Below are positions 9,469 to 21,509 of a stretch of DNA of 54,694 nt, one piece after another. Positions within the stretch are counted from its first letter, which is position 1. Each line of letters starts with the position of its first letter. The notes beneath the pieces were generated by a model that was given only the letters and a program-made list of their open reading frames with translations, was not told the origin of the DNA and did no database searches. Position numbers and translations under genes: made by a program. The DNA comes from an uncultured Bacilli bacterium (GTDB lineage: Bacteria; Bacillota_I; Bacilli_A; RF39; UBA660), in NCBI GenBank assembly GCA_944359085.1, contig CALVSQ010000003.1, positions 1 to 54,694 of the forward strand. The letters run 5' to 3'.

Positions 9469-12399
9469 ATGTATTTAAAAGTTATAAAAGCACATGGTTT
9501 TAAATCATTTGCTGATAAAACAATTATTGAATTAGATAATAAAATAACTGGTATTGTAGGACCTAATGGTAGTGGTAAAAGTAATGTTGTTGATGCAGTA
9601 AGATGGGTTTTAGGAGAACAATCAGTAAAATCATTAAGAGGAGATGGAAATATGACAGATGTCATATTTTCTGGTAGTAAATCAAGAAATTCTTCTAATG
9701 TAGCATCTGTTACTTTAGTATTTGACAATACTGATAAATATTTACCTTTGGAATTTAATGAAGTAGCTATTAAAAGAAGAGTTTATAAAGATGGTAGTAA
9801 TGAATATTTTATTAATAATGAAAAAGTGAGATTAAAAGATATAACAAATTTGCTATTAGATAGTGGAGTGGCTAAAGAAAGTTTTAATATAATATCTCAA
9901 GGGAAAATAGAAGAAATATTATCTAATAAACCAGATGATCGAAGAATTATATTTGAAGAAGCATCTGGGGTTTTAAAGTATAAAAGAAGAAAAGAAGAAG
10001 CATTAAGAAAACTAGATAAAACTCATGATAATATGAATAGAATAAATGATATTATTAATGAATTAGAGGATAGATTAGAGCCATTAAAAGAACAAAAAGA
10101 AAAAGCAATTAAATATAAAGATTTAAATATTGAATTAGAAAATATTGAAATTGCTTTGATAAGTGAAGATATAACTAATTTAAATTTTGATTATCAAAAT
10201 AATAAAAATAAAATGGAAACATTAAAATTAGAAATATCTAAATTAACTACTGATAATAGTACTCATGAAGTAAAAATAGAAGAATATAAGAAAAATATTA
10301 TTGATATAGATAATGAAATCAAAAAATATCAAGATTATTTAATTAAATTAACCACTGATGTTGAAAAAATAAATAGTCGTAAAGCTATTATTTTGGAAAG
10401 ACAAAAATATAATGTTCAAGATAGTAAAGTTCATGAAAATTTAATATTATTAAAAGAAAAAGAATTAAAATTAACTACTGAATTAAATGATATTAAAAAT
10501 CAAAATAGTTTAATTGAAAATGAACTAATTGAATTAAGTAAAAAAATTGATAATTTAAATATTGAATTAAATAATATAAAAGAAAATAAACAAAGATTAG
10601 ATATATCTTTACAAAATAATTTAAGAAATCAAAATAATTTAAACTTGCAAATTGAATCATTAAGATATAGTATTGATAATAATAGTAGTTTACCGACATC
10701 TGTTAAAAAAGTATTAGATAATCCAAAATTAAATGGTATTCATGATATAATTGGTAATTTATTTGATGTATCAGAAGAATATTCTTTAGCTATTTCAACT
10801 GTTTTAGGTGTTGCTTCTACTAATATTGTAGTTGATAATGAAGTATGCGCTAAAGAAGCAATTAATTATTTAAAAGAAAATAAATTAGGTCGTGCTACAT
10901 TTTTTCCTTTGAATATTATTAAACCTAAAAATATTGATATAGAAATTAATTTACCAGGATTTATTGATATAGCTAGTAATTTAATTAAATATGATTCAAA
11001 ATACTCTAATATAATCTTAAATCAATTAGGTAATGTATTAGTGGTTGATAATATTGATAACGCTAATGTAATTGCTAAAGCTATAAATTATAGGTATCGC
11101 ATAGTTACTTTAGATGGTGAATTACTTCATATCGGAGGTTCTTTAACCGGCGGTAATACTGTAAAAGCAAGAAATATTATATTAGAAAAATATGAGTTAG
11201 AAAACAAAATAAAAGAAGCTAAAATAATTTCTGATAACATTAGTAAAATAGAAGAAAAAATAAATGAAATAGATAATAATTATAAAGAAATAGAAGATAA
11301 AATTTATTTAATCAATAAAGAAAAATTAAATAAAGAAGTAATATTAGAAAATTATAAAAAAGAAATAATAAATAAAACAGAAGAATTAAAAGAAATAACT
11401 TATGAAATAATGGGTAACAATAATATTTTAGATAATAAGTTAATTGATGAAGAACAACAAGTATTAAAAGAATATTATGAAACATTAGAAAATAAAAACA
11501 AAGTAAGTTTATATTTAAGTAGTTTATTAAAGAAAAAAGATGAATTAAATAGTGAATTATCTGATTATGAATTAACTGTTAAAAAAGAAAATAGTTTATA
11601 TAATGAGAAAAAAGAAATATTAAATAATTTAGAAATTTCTGTTAATAGATTAGATGTAAAAATTGATAATTTATTAAATACTTTATCAGAAAACTATTCT
11701 ATTACTTATGATACAGCTATATCTAGATACAAATTAGATATGGATATTGATATAGCTAGAAATAAAGTAAATAGTTTAAAAAGACAACTTAAAGAAATTG
11801 GTAATGTTAATTTGGACTCAATTGAAGAATTTGAAACTGTTAATGAGAGATATTTATTTTTAAATAACCAAAGAGATGATTTAACTAAAGCTGAAAATAC
11901 TTTATTAGAAATTATTTCTGAAATGGATAAAGTAATGGAAAAAGAGTTTGTTAAAACATTTAAAGTTATTAAAGAAAACTTTAATACAACATTTAAAGAA
12001 TTATTTAAAGGTGGAACAGCTGATTTAAAATTAACTGATCCAAATAATATTTTAGAAACAGGCATTGAAATAGTAGCATCTCCTCCAGGTAAAAAACTAA
12101 CAACTATTTCATTATTATCTGGTGGTGAAAAAACATTTACAGCAATTAGTTTATTATTCGCTATATTAAAATCTAAACCAGTTCCATTTTGTATTTTAGA
12201 TGAAGTAGAAGCTGCTTTGGATGACGTTAATGTCGATTCATTTGGTAAATATATTTGTGGTTTGAAAGATAAAACACAATTTATTATTATTACTCATAAG
12301 AAAAAAACAATGGAATATGTTGATACTTTATATGGTATAACTATGCAAGAATCTGGAGTTAGTAAATTAGTAAGTGTAAAATTGGAAGAAATAAAATAA
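9469..12399 (+). CDS. smc: Chromosome segregation protein Smc (short-arm, 976 aa)
   Basis: GFKSFA, Walker A GPNGSGKSN, hinge GRATFFPL/GGSLTGG, LSGGEK, ILDEVEAALD. Confidence 0.97.
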   Translation: MYLKVIKAHGFKSFADKTIIELDNKITGIVGPNGSGKSNVVDAVRWVLGEQSVKSLRGDGNMTDVIFSGSKSRNSSNVASVTLVFDNTDKYLPLEFNEVAIKRRVYKDGSNEYFINNEKVRLKDITNLLLDSGVAKESFNIISQGKIEEILSNKPDDRRIIFEEASGVLKYKRRKEEALRKLDKTHDNMNRINDIINELEDRLEPLKEQKEKAIKYKDLNIELENIEIALISEDITNLNFDYQNNKNKMETLKLEISKLTTDNSTHEVKIEEYKKNIIDIDNEIKKYQDYLIKLTTDVEKINSRKAIILERQKYNVQDSKVHENLILLKEKELKLTTELNDIKNQNSLIENELIELSKKIDNLNIELNNIKENKQRLDISLQNNLRNQNNLNLQIESLRYSIDNNSSLPTSVKKVLDNPKLNGIHDIIGNLFDVSEEYSLAISTVLGVASTNIVVDNEVCAKEAINYLKENKLGRATFFPLNIIKPKNIDIEINLPGFIDIASNLIKYDSKYSNIILNQLGNVLVVDNIDNANVIAKAINYRYRIVTLDGELLHIGGSLTGGNTVKARNIILEKYELENKIKEAKIISDNISKIEEKINEIDNNYKEIEDKIYLINKEKLNKEVILENYKKEIINKTEELKEITYEIMGNNNILDNKLIDEEQQVLKEYYETLENKNKVSLYLSSLLKKKDELNSELSDYELTVKKENSLYNEKKEILNNLEISVNRLDVKIDNLLNTLSENYSITYDTAISRYKLDMDIDIARNKVNSLKRQLKEIGNVNLDSIEEFETVNERYLFLNNQRDDLTKAENTLLEIISEMDKVMEKEFVKTFKVIKENFNTTFKELFKGGTADLKLTDPNNILETGIEIVASPPGKKLTTISLLSGGEKTFTAISLLFAILKSKPVPFCILDEVEAALDDVNVDSFGKYICGLKDKTQFIIITHKKKTMEYVDTLYGITMQESGVSKLVSVKLEEIK

Positions 12400-12458
12400 T
12401 TCCATTGATTTTTGCACATAAATAATATATAATTTATGTAAGAATAGGAGAGGTATTT

Positions 12459-14141
12459 ATGAAGAAAGCATTTACATTAATAGAATTATTAGCCGTAATA
12501 ATTCTATTAGCTATAGTAGCATTAATAGCAACGCCTATTATATTAGATGTGATTGATGATGCTCGTATATCAGCTGGTAGGTCAGAAGCAAATATGATAT
12601 TAAGTGGAATTAATAATTATTGTGACACAGAAGAAATAAAATTTCAGATGGATAGTAATTATAGTAAAATATGTACATCAAGTATGGATAAAGATGATGT
12701 ACTAACAATGGTTAATTTAGGCAATGCCACAATAGATAAAATAACATATAATGGATCTAAATTAACAGAATTGGTTATAACAAGTAATAACCATAAATTT
12801 ACATTATGTCCAAGTGGCACATTTTCAATGGATGATGAAGAATGTGATGGTGAAGTAGAACAATCAGGTAATTTAATATCAACATTGTTACAACAATATC
12901 AAGAAGGAAATGAAGTTGGTTTAGTAAAAGATAATACAAATCCTAATTTATATTACTATACTGGAACAAATGAAGAAGTAGCAAATAATTTCTTATGGTA
13001 TGGCGGCCATCAATGGCGAGTATTAGAGTTTAATACTGAAGAAAAGACATTAACTTTGATCACTCAGCAACCATTGACAGCGATTTATCCTTCTACTGGA
13101 ATATGGGATACTCAAGACGAATATAAGTCAAGTTATATAAACAAATGGCTAAACAATTATTTTTGGAATAGTTTAGATAGTAGTATTCAATTTAATATCA
13201 AGGATAGCACATTTAATGTGGGAATATATACTGATGTGGATGAAATAACAACAATTCAAAAAGTAGGATTATTAGATGAAGAACAATATAAAAGAGCTGG
13301 AGAATTAGATTCATTTTTAGATATTAAAGATGATTTTTGGTTGGGCAACAGACAAGACTTATTATATCATAGGTATGTTGGAAATGGTGCCCTTTCTGGT
13401 GGACAAGCTAAATATAATTATAAGTTTGGTGTTCGAGCTGTAGTTAGAATTTCTGATGTGTTTATTAACGAAGGTGACGGAACTCTTTATAACAATTATC
13501 GTAAGATTAGTGATTTAAAAAACTTTAATGATGTTCAGGTTGGAGAATACATAAGTTTAACATATAGTCGTGGTGATGGTAAATGTGGAAATGATAATAT
13601 GTGTTTATTTAGAGTGGTAAGTAAAGATATTGACAAGGTTAAATTGATTTTTAACGGAGTATTAGATAGGCAACCATATTTAAATGAGGCCTCAATAACA
13701 CCTGATTCGATAATATATTCACATTTAAATTATTTCAAACAAGCATTAAATGAAGATTATTTAACAAAAGGCGATTTTGGTAAAGGAATTTATGGTGATT
13801 CTCCCAATTATGCTGACGTATATTTTGAAGTTATTAATGAATATATAGGGTTGCCGACAGTAGGGGAGATGTTTAGCGGAAACGATATTGATTTAAGTAC
13901 ATCAAATATCAAAATATTTGTCGATGTAAACACAATAGAAAATCCGATAATAAATGATTATTGGACAATGAATAGATATGATTATGATAAAGTTAATTTT
14001 ATTTACGATAATGGTGGTTTATATAATATGACTCATGCTGCTGCAGGTGGTCGTGGACTTCGTCCAGTAATATATTTAAAATCAGGATTAACATTTACCT
14101 CTGGAGAAGGAACTGCTCAATCTCCATATATATTGCAATGA
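12459..14141 (+). CDS. Type IV pilin-like protein with tandem CLec/DUF6273-like domains
   Basis: MKKA|FTLIELL; two domains ending GVRAVVRI...GDGT and GLRPVIYL...GEGTAQSPY. Confidence 0.85.
   Translation: MKKAFTLIELLAVIILLAIVALIATPIILDVIDDARISAGRSEANMILSGINNYCDTEEIKFQMDSNYSKICTSSMDKDDVLTMVNLGNATIDKITYNGSKLTELVITSNNHKFTLCPSGTFSMDDEECDGEVEQSGNLISTLLQQYQEGNEVGLVKDNTNPNLYYYTGTNEEVANNFLWYGGHQWRVLEFNTEEKTLTLITQQPLTAIYPSTGIWDTQDEYKSSYINKWLNNYFWNSLDSSIQFNIKDSTFNVGIYTDVDEITTIQKVGLLDEEQYKRAGELDSFLDIKDDFWLGNRQDLLYHRYVGNGALSGGQAKYNYKFGVRAVVRISDVFINEGDGTLYNNYRKISDLKNFNDVQVGEYISLTYSRGDGKCGNDNMCLFRVVSKDIDKVKLIFNGVLDRQPYLNEASITPDSIIYSHLNYFKQALNEDYLTKGDFGKGIYGDSPNYADVYFEVINEYIGLPTVGEMFSGNDIDLSTSNIKIFVDVNTIENPIINDYWTMNRYDYDKVNFIYDNGGLYNMTHAAAGGRGLRPVIYLKSGLTFTSGEGTAQSPYILQ
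12792..12824 (+). repeat. 33-bp block identical to 30206-30238
   Basis: cataaatttacattatgtccaagtggcacattt, encoding HKFTLCPSGTF at the end of the pilin domain. Confidence 0.95.
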
Positions 14142-14183
14142 GAGAATGATGTGAGAAAAATAATATCGTTAGCAACAATTATT

Positions 14184-15865
<1,682 letters not shown>

Positions 15866-15894
15866 ATTGTGATATAATTTACTGGGGATGTAAA

Positions 15895-16449
15895 ATGAAC
15901 GATTTTTTAATAATGGATAAAGAAGAAGATTTAAATAATTTATTAAAATATCAAAATATAAAAAAATTAGAAATACATGATATTATATTATCAAATTATA
16001 ATTTAAATATTATATCAAAATTAAATTTAAATAGATTGATTTTGATTAATTGTGTGATTGAAAATTTATCTTTAATTACAAATTTAGAATTAATAGAATT
16101 ACAAATTATTAATTGTGAATTTGATGATTTTGAGTATATAAATGATTTTAATTTATTAGAAAATCTTACTTTACAGAAATTGAAAGAAATAGATTTGCAG
16201 TATTTACCAATTATTAAAAAAATTAAAAAACTAGATTTAGCTGATTCATATATAAAAAATGAAGAATTTATTATATTTTGTAATAATTTGGAAGAATTAA
16301 GAATATCAGGAACTAATTTAACTGATTTGAGTTTGCTATTACCTTTAAATTTGAAAAGATTAATTATTGATACTAATAGATGTGATAATGTTGAGTTGTT
16401 ACCTAAAACAACAAAAATAATTGATGAGATAGGAAGTAAATATGACTAG
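15895..16449 (+). CDS. Leucine-rich-repeat-like protein
   Basis: Repeated LxxLxL segments (LNRLIL, LENLTL, IKKLDL, LEELRI, LKRLII). Confidence 0.7.
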   Translation: MNDFLIMDKEEDLNNLLKYQNIKKLEIHDIILSNYNLNIISKLNLNRLILINCVIENLSLITNLELIELQIINCEFDDFEYINDFNLLENLTLQKLKEIDLQYLPIIKKIKKLDLADSYIKNEEFIIFCNNLEELRISGTNLTDLSLLLPLNLKRLIIDTNRCDNVELLPKTTKIIDEIGSKYD

Positions 16450-18559
16450 TTATAAATATATTAAAGTTAACGCTATTAATGAAAGTACAAAAAATAAAAT
16501 TTATGATTTTATTAATAAATATCCAGATGATAATATTCTAATTGAGATTCCTAATACTAGAGATATGACTTTAGAAAATCTTGATTTATTACCTAAAAGT
16601 GATAAAATTTTTATAAAAGTTACTGGTGGTTATGATAAGCAAAGATTTATAGATTATCAAGATGCTCCTTATGTTGCTATTCATGCTTTTTCTAATATAT
16701 ATAGTATTGAAGATATGAAACAAATTATTAAAGAATTAAAAAAAATAGAAGATGGAATGTTAGATTCATGGACTGATGAACAAAAATTAATTTATTTAAT
16801 AAATACTATCCAAGATACCATTATATATCATCCTGATTTTGCTTGGGTTTCAACAAAAGAAACTAGAAGTTTAAAAGGTTTGATATCTAAAAAAACAGCT
16901 TGTGCAGGTTTTTCTTTGATTTTAAAAGAGTTATGTGATAGAAATGGTATTGAATGCTATTATACTGAAGGATCTTGTAATGTAAGGGATGATAGAGATT
17001 CAATATTAACTCATGCTTGGAATATTGTTAAAATAGGGAATAATTATTTTCCAGTAGATTTAACTTGGAATGCTAAAAGTTATCACTATGGTGATATGAA
17101 AGCAATGGATTCATTATGTAATATTTCAGAATTTATTCAAACTCATTTTCCTGGTAAATATGAGATAATCCAAAATTATCAAGATACTTTAAGTGGAATG
17201 GATTTGAATTATATTAGAGAAACACTAAAAAGTATTAGATCTAATCGAACTTTACAGGCAACAAGATTTAAATTTGAAAGAGAAAATAAATCTGTATTTT
17301 ATTTAACACAAGTTAGTAATGCTGTTGTTGATGGTGAAAAAGTTTATAAATACATATATGTAGATGAATCTGGAATACCATTAGTTCTTTTTAGTAGTTT
17401 TAATATGGCAAAATTATATGCTGATTTAGAAAGTAAAACTAAAATAGAAGAAATGATTAATGAATTAAAAGAAGATAAAAATAGTAGCGAGGAAATAAAA
17501 AAATTAAAAAGAAAATTAAGTAAACTAACATATACTGATGATAAATTAAAATTTTACGCTACTGATGTTTTATTTTCAAGAGTTAATATTGAATTAGCAA
17601 TTAAATCAGGGAATTTTTATTTAGGTAATATATGTGATTATAAAACACAATTAAAAACTATTGTTGATGATCAAATAGCATTTAAATTAAATCCTAAAAT
17701 ACATATTTATAAAAGAAATGATAATTCAAAATTTATTTTAGAATATATAAATAAAACAAATTTTGGAGATACTCCAATATACTTTTATCAAATGTTTGAA
17801 TATGTTGTAGAAAATGGTGAAATTTGTTTAAGAGTAAATAATGTTTATACAGAATTTGATTTGTTTAAAGATAATAGAAAAGAAATTGCTAATAATTTTT
17901 TAAGTAGAAGTAGAATAGATGAAAATACTCAAAAAAAAGGTGGCTATTTAGGTAATTATTCTAGTGATGGAAGAATTATAGAAAATGATAATTTATTAGA
18001 AATATTTGATAGAAGTAAAAGAAAAAAAATAAAAAAACAAGAAATATTAAAGGAAACTTTAACATTTAAAGATTTACACAATTTATTGCAAGTATTTTCT
18101 TTTAGGGAAAATCCGTTAGATAATATTGTTGTTTACAATAAAACAATAGGAAGAAAAATATCTAATGATTCAATAGTTTTAAAAGCAATATTCGCATATA
18201 TTTGGTTTAATTCTTTAAAAACATTAAAAAATGATATTACAATAGAAGAATCATTTAATGAATTTACTAATAAATTATATATTTCATTTTCAGAAGTGGT
18301 AAAAAATAGTATTCAGACATATGGTACTATTAATACATTTGAAGTTTATGAACAGATAATTAGCAAGTATGATGATCGTATAAAAGATATGATAATTTAT
18401 TTATTTCAAAACGATTATTTTTCTTCAATAATTTATGAGGTTTATTATAATCAAATATTTAGTGATAAAAGTGAATATAAATTACCAATTCCTTTGTATA
18501 GTAAAGAAAAAGTTAATCAAAAACTAAATCAATTAAATAATTCAAGAGTAATAAAATAA
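16442..18559 (+). CDS. Transglutaminase-like (Cys-His-Asp) domain protein
   Basis: ACAGFSLILKELC, HAWNIVKI, PVDLTW triad motifs; long uncharacterised C-terminus; no signal peptide. Confidence 0.8.
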   Translation: MTSYKYIKVNAINESTKNKIYDFINKYPDDNILIEIPNTRDMTLENLDLLPKSDKIFIKVTGGYDKQRFIDYQDAPYVAIHAFSNIYSIEDMKQIIKELKKIEDGMLDSWTDEQKLIYLINTIQDTIIYHPDFAWVSTKETRSLKGLISKKTACAGFSLILKELCDRNGIECYYTEGSCNVRDDRDSILTHAWNIVKIGNNYFPVDLTWNAKSYHYGDMKAMDSLCNISEFIQTHFPGKYEIIQNYQDTLSGMDLNYIRETLKSIRSNRTLQATRFKFERENKSVFYLTQVSNAVVDGEKVYKYIYVDESGIPLVLFSSFNMAKLYADLESKTKIEEMINELKEDKNSSEEIKKLKRKLSKLTYTDDKLKFYATDVLFSRVNIELAIKSGNFYLGNICDYKTQLKTIVDDQIAFKLNPKIHIYKRNDNSKFILEYINKTNFGDTPIYFYQMFEYVVENGEICLRVNNVYTEFDLFKDNRKEIANNFLSRSRIDENTQKKGGYLGNYSSDGRIIENDNLLEIFDRSKRKKIKKQEILKETLTFKDLHNLLQVFSFRENPLDNIVVYNKTIGRKISNDSIVLKAIFAYIWFNSLKTLKNDITIEESFNEFTNKLYISFSEVVKNSIQTYGTINTFEVYEQIISKYDDRIKDMIIYLFQNDYFSSIIYEVYYNQIFSDKSEYKLPIPLYSKEKVNQKLNQLNNSRVIK

Positions 18560-18579
18560 AAAGAGGATGTCCTCTTTTT
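18558..18579. terminator. Bidirectional terminator between convergent genes
   Basis: aaaaagagga-tg-tcctcttttt. Confidence 0.75.
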
Positions 18580-19126
18580 AAATTAATCTAATTTCATTTT
18601 CGTTAAAGAATGGTTTATCTTTATTTATTCTATCATAAAATAAAATTCCATTTAAGTGATCTATCTCATGTTGAAAGGCAATTGATAAATCTTCTCTTGC
18701 TCTTACTTTAATTTTATTACCATCAATGTCATATCCTTCAATAGTTACTCTAGCATATCTTGGAACATGTCCTTCAACTTCACGATTTACTGATAAACAT
18801 CCTTCACCAACATCAGCGGCTATCATTTCATTGGAATATGATACTATTTTCGGATTAACAAAAACATATTCATCAAAAACGCCTTCTTTTACTTCATGAA
18901 CAATAATAATAATTCTTTTATTTATTCCTAGTTGAGGAAAAGCTAATCCCATTCCTGGTCTCAATTCATATTTTTCAGCTAAATCTTCAATTTGACTAAA
19001 TGTTAATTCATCAATAGCTCTTTTAATTAATTCTTTCTCTTCTTTTGATAATGGGAAAGTAGCATCTTTACTGATCATTCTCAATCTTTTATCTTTTTCA
19101 TCTAATATATCTAATTTTTTGAACAT
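18578..19126 (-). CDS. def: Peptide deformylase (type 2)
   Basis: GMGLAFPQ, EGCLS, QHEIDHLNG; RBS ggag supports start MFKKL at 19126. Confidence 0.95.
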   Translation of the reverse strand: MFKKLDILDEKDKRLRMISKDATFPLSKEEKELIKRAIDELTFSQIEDLAEKYELRPGMGLAFPQLGINKRIIIIVHEVKEGVFDEYVFVNPKIVSYSNEMIAADVGEGCLSVNREVEGHVPRYARVTIEGYDIDGNKIKVRAREDLSIAFQHEIDHLNGILFYDRINKDKPFFNENEIRLI

Positions 19127-19194
19127 AAAAACCAACTCCAATAACAACAAGTATTTTATCATATTTTTTAAAAAAGTCAAAATAAAAAGGAAGA

Positions 19195-19377
19195 TTATCT
19201 TCCTTGGCATGGTGATTGAGTATGACAGCCACAGTTGTTTTCAAATGCTCTAGCACCTATGATTATTACTAATAAAATAAATAAAACTAAAATAATAGCA
19301 GCTCCGTAACCAGAACCATAACCATAACCGCATGGTTGACCATAACCATAACCGCTATATCCTCCGTAGTAATACAT
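19195..19377 (-). CDS. YjcZ/SscA-family small sporulation protein
   Basis: Gly/Tyr-rich N-terminus then AIILVLFILLVIIIGA; strong RBS aaggaggt. Confidence 0.85.
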   Translation of the reverse strand: MYYYGGYSGYGYGQPCGYGYGSGYGAAIILVLFILLVIIIGARAFENNCGCHTQSPCQGR

Positions 19378-19506
19378 ATTATTACCTCCTTCTAGCTAAT
19401 ATATTTTATTAAAATATGTATAAATTGTTCATTTAAAACACCTAAATTTTATTTTTTGTATTTTCAAATTAGTAAATATGTGATATCATATTGTAAGGTG
19501 GAAGGT

Positions 19507-20685
19507 ATGAAAAAGTTTTTAAAAAACCTTAAAGATTTATTTAGTAAAATGGATAGATCATTATTTGTTGTTACTATTTTATTTTTCTTATTTGGTTTAT
19601 TAAATATAGTTACTGCATCTAGTCGTGAGGCTGTTGTAAGATATGAACTATCAACTTATCATTACTTTTTTAAACAATCACAAATGTTGATAGCTGGACT
19701 TATTGGTTCATATATTATTTTAAATTTAAAAACAAAAGCATATAAAGATTTGGTTTGGTTAGCATACATATTTGTTTTAGGGTTAGTTATCCTTTTATTT
19801 CCATTTGGTAAAGAAGTAAATGGTGCTACTAACTGGTTACCAATTCCAGGATTTGGAACATTACAACCAAGTGAATTTGCTAAACCAGTAATGATTGTTT
19901 TATTTGCTATTATGTTTGAAAAATATTATCGTATTTTAAATTCTGATAATCCTAAAAGATGGTCTAAAATAGGTTTAATATTAATAGTAGCATTAATAAT
20001 TCCTCTTTTAACTTTTATTCAAAAAGATTTAGGTGGAGCACTTATAATGTTAGGTATATTTGGCGTTATGTTTTTGGCTAGTCCAATAAGAAGAATTGAT
20101 AAATTAAAAACGATAGGATTAGGTGTTGGCGTGTTGATCGTTATGATGTCTATCGTAGTTATAAGGCAAGGTTATTTATTAAGTGATGCTCAAATGTCTA
20201 GATTTGATTTTTTTAATCCTTGTTCAAAATATGAAACAACAGGTTATCAAATATGTAATGGTTTTATAGCATTAAATGATGGTGGATTATTTGGTTTAGG
20301 TATTGGTAAAAGTAAGCAAAAGTATTCTTATATACCTGAACCACATACTGATAGTATATTTGCTATTATAGGCGAAGAATATGGGGCTATAAAATGTAGT
20401 TTTATCTTTTTAGCTTATATATTTGTTTTATTTAGAATTTTAAAAATTTCTACTAATGCAACTACATTAAGAGGTAGATATATTTGTTTAGGAATAGCTA
20501 CTTACATATTTATGCATATATTTATTAATTTAGGTGGGTTATTTGGTATAATACCTTTAACAGGTGTTCCTTTACCATTTTTATCTTATGGTGGAACATT
20601 CGCTATCAGCTTAATGTGTTCTTTAGCGGTGGTTCAAAGGGTACATATTGAAACAAAATTAGAAAAATTTAAATTAAATCATTGA
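19507..20685 (+). CDS. ftsW: FtsW/RodA/SpoVE (SEDS) family protein
   Basis: NGATNW, LQPSEFAK, PEPHTDSIFAIIGEE, PLTGVPLPFLSYGG; FtsW vs RodA vs SpoVE not resolved. Confidence 0.85.
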   Translation: MKKFLKNLKDLFSKMDRSLFVVTILFFLFGLLNIVTASSREAVVRYELSTYHYFFKQSQMLIAGLIGSYIILNLKTKAYKDLVWLAYIFVLGLVILLFPFGKEVNGATNWLPIPGFGTLQPSEFAKPVMIVLFAIMFEKYYRILNSDNPKRWSKIGLILIVALIIPLLTFIQKDLGGALIMLGIFGVMFLASPIRRIDKLKTIGLGVGVLIVMMSIVVIRQGYLLSDAQMSRFDFFNPCSKYETTGYQICNGFIALNDGGLFGLGIGKSKQKYSYIPEPHTDSIFAIIGEEYGAIKCSFIFLAYIFVLFRILKISTNATTLRGRYICLGIATYIFMHIFINLGGLFGIIPLTGVPLPFLSYGGTFAISLMCSLAVVQRVHIETKLEKFKLNH

Positions 20686-20740
20686 AATGACAAAATTTTG
20701 ATGATTTTTTTTTTATAATTTAAATAGAGGTGATATATAT

Positions 20741-21508
20741 ACGAAAATATACTTAGATTTAATAATGATTTTAAATTTTATATTTGATTTTTTGTTATTA
20801 TTATCAGTTTCAATATTACTTAGACGAAATGTAAGTATTTATAAAATAATAGGTGGAGCTTTTATTGGTGGTATTAGTATACTATTTTTATTTGTAAGTA
20901 ATTCTTTATTATTATTTATATATAAAGTAGTAATAAGTATTGTTATGGTTATTGTTAGCTTTGGATATAAAGATATAAAATATACTTTAAAAAACATTTT
21001 ATATTTATATATGACCAGTATTGTTTTAGGCGGTTTCTTATATTTTTTAAATGTTGAATTTTCATATAAACAATATGGTATTATTTTTATAAATAATGGT
21101 TTATCAATTAACTTTGTATTTTTAATCATATTTAGTCCAATTATTATATATATTTATATTAAACAAGGATTATGGCTAAAAAATAATTATAGTAATTATT
21201 ATAAAATAAATATTTACTATAAAAATAAAAAATATATATTTAATTCATTTTTAGATACAGGTAATAATTTAGTTACGCCTATAACGAATAAGCCGATTAT
21301 ACTAATAGATAAAGAAATAAAACTAGATAATTTTTTTTATATTCCTTATAAATGCGTTAATGGGGACGGATTAATCAAATGTTTTAAAGTAGATAAAATA
21401 GAGATAGAAGGAATGATTAAAAAGAACGTAATCGTAGGTATTTTAAAAGATAAAATTAAAATTGATGGTGTTGATTGTTTACTAAATAAAAAACTATTGG
21501 AGGGATAA
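20741..21508 (+). CDS. spoIIGA: Pro-sigma-E processing peptidase SpoIIGA (apparent ACG start)
   Basis: TM-rich N-terminus, FLDTGNNL aspartic motif, directly upstream of sigE; in-frame ACG-AAA-ATA-TAC-TTA-GAT after RBS gaggtg reproduces the MKIYLD start of Bacillus SpoIIGA. Confidence 0.88.
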   Translation, partial: TKIYLDLIMILNFIFDFLLLLSVSILLRRNVSIYKIIGGAFIGGISILFLFVSNSLLLFIYKVVISIVMVIVSFGYKDIKYTLKNILYLYMTSIVLGGFLYFLNVEFSYKQYGIIFINNGLSINFVFLIIFSPIIIYIYIKQGLWLKNNYSNYYKINIYYKNKKYIFNSFLDTGNNLVTPITNKPIILIDKEIKLDNFFYIPYKCVNGDGLIKCFKVDKIEIEGMIKKNVIVGILKDKIKIDGVDCLLNKKLLEG

Positions 21509-21509
21509 A

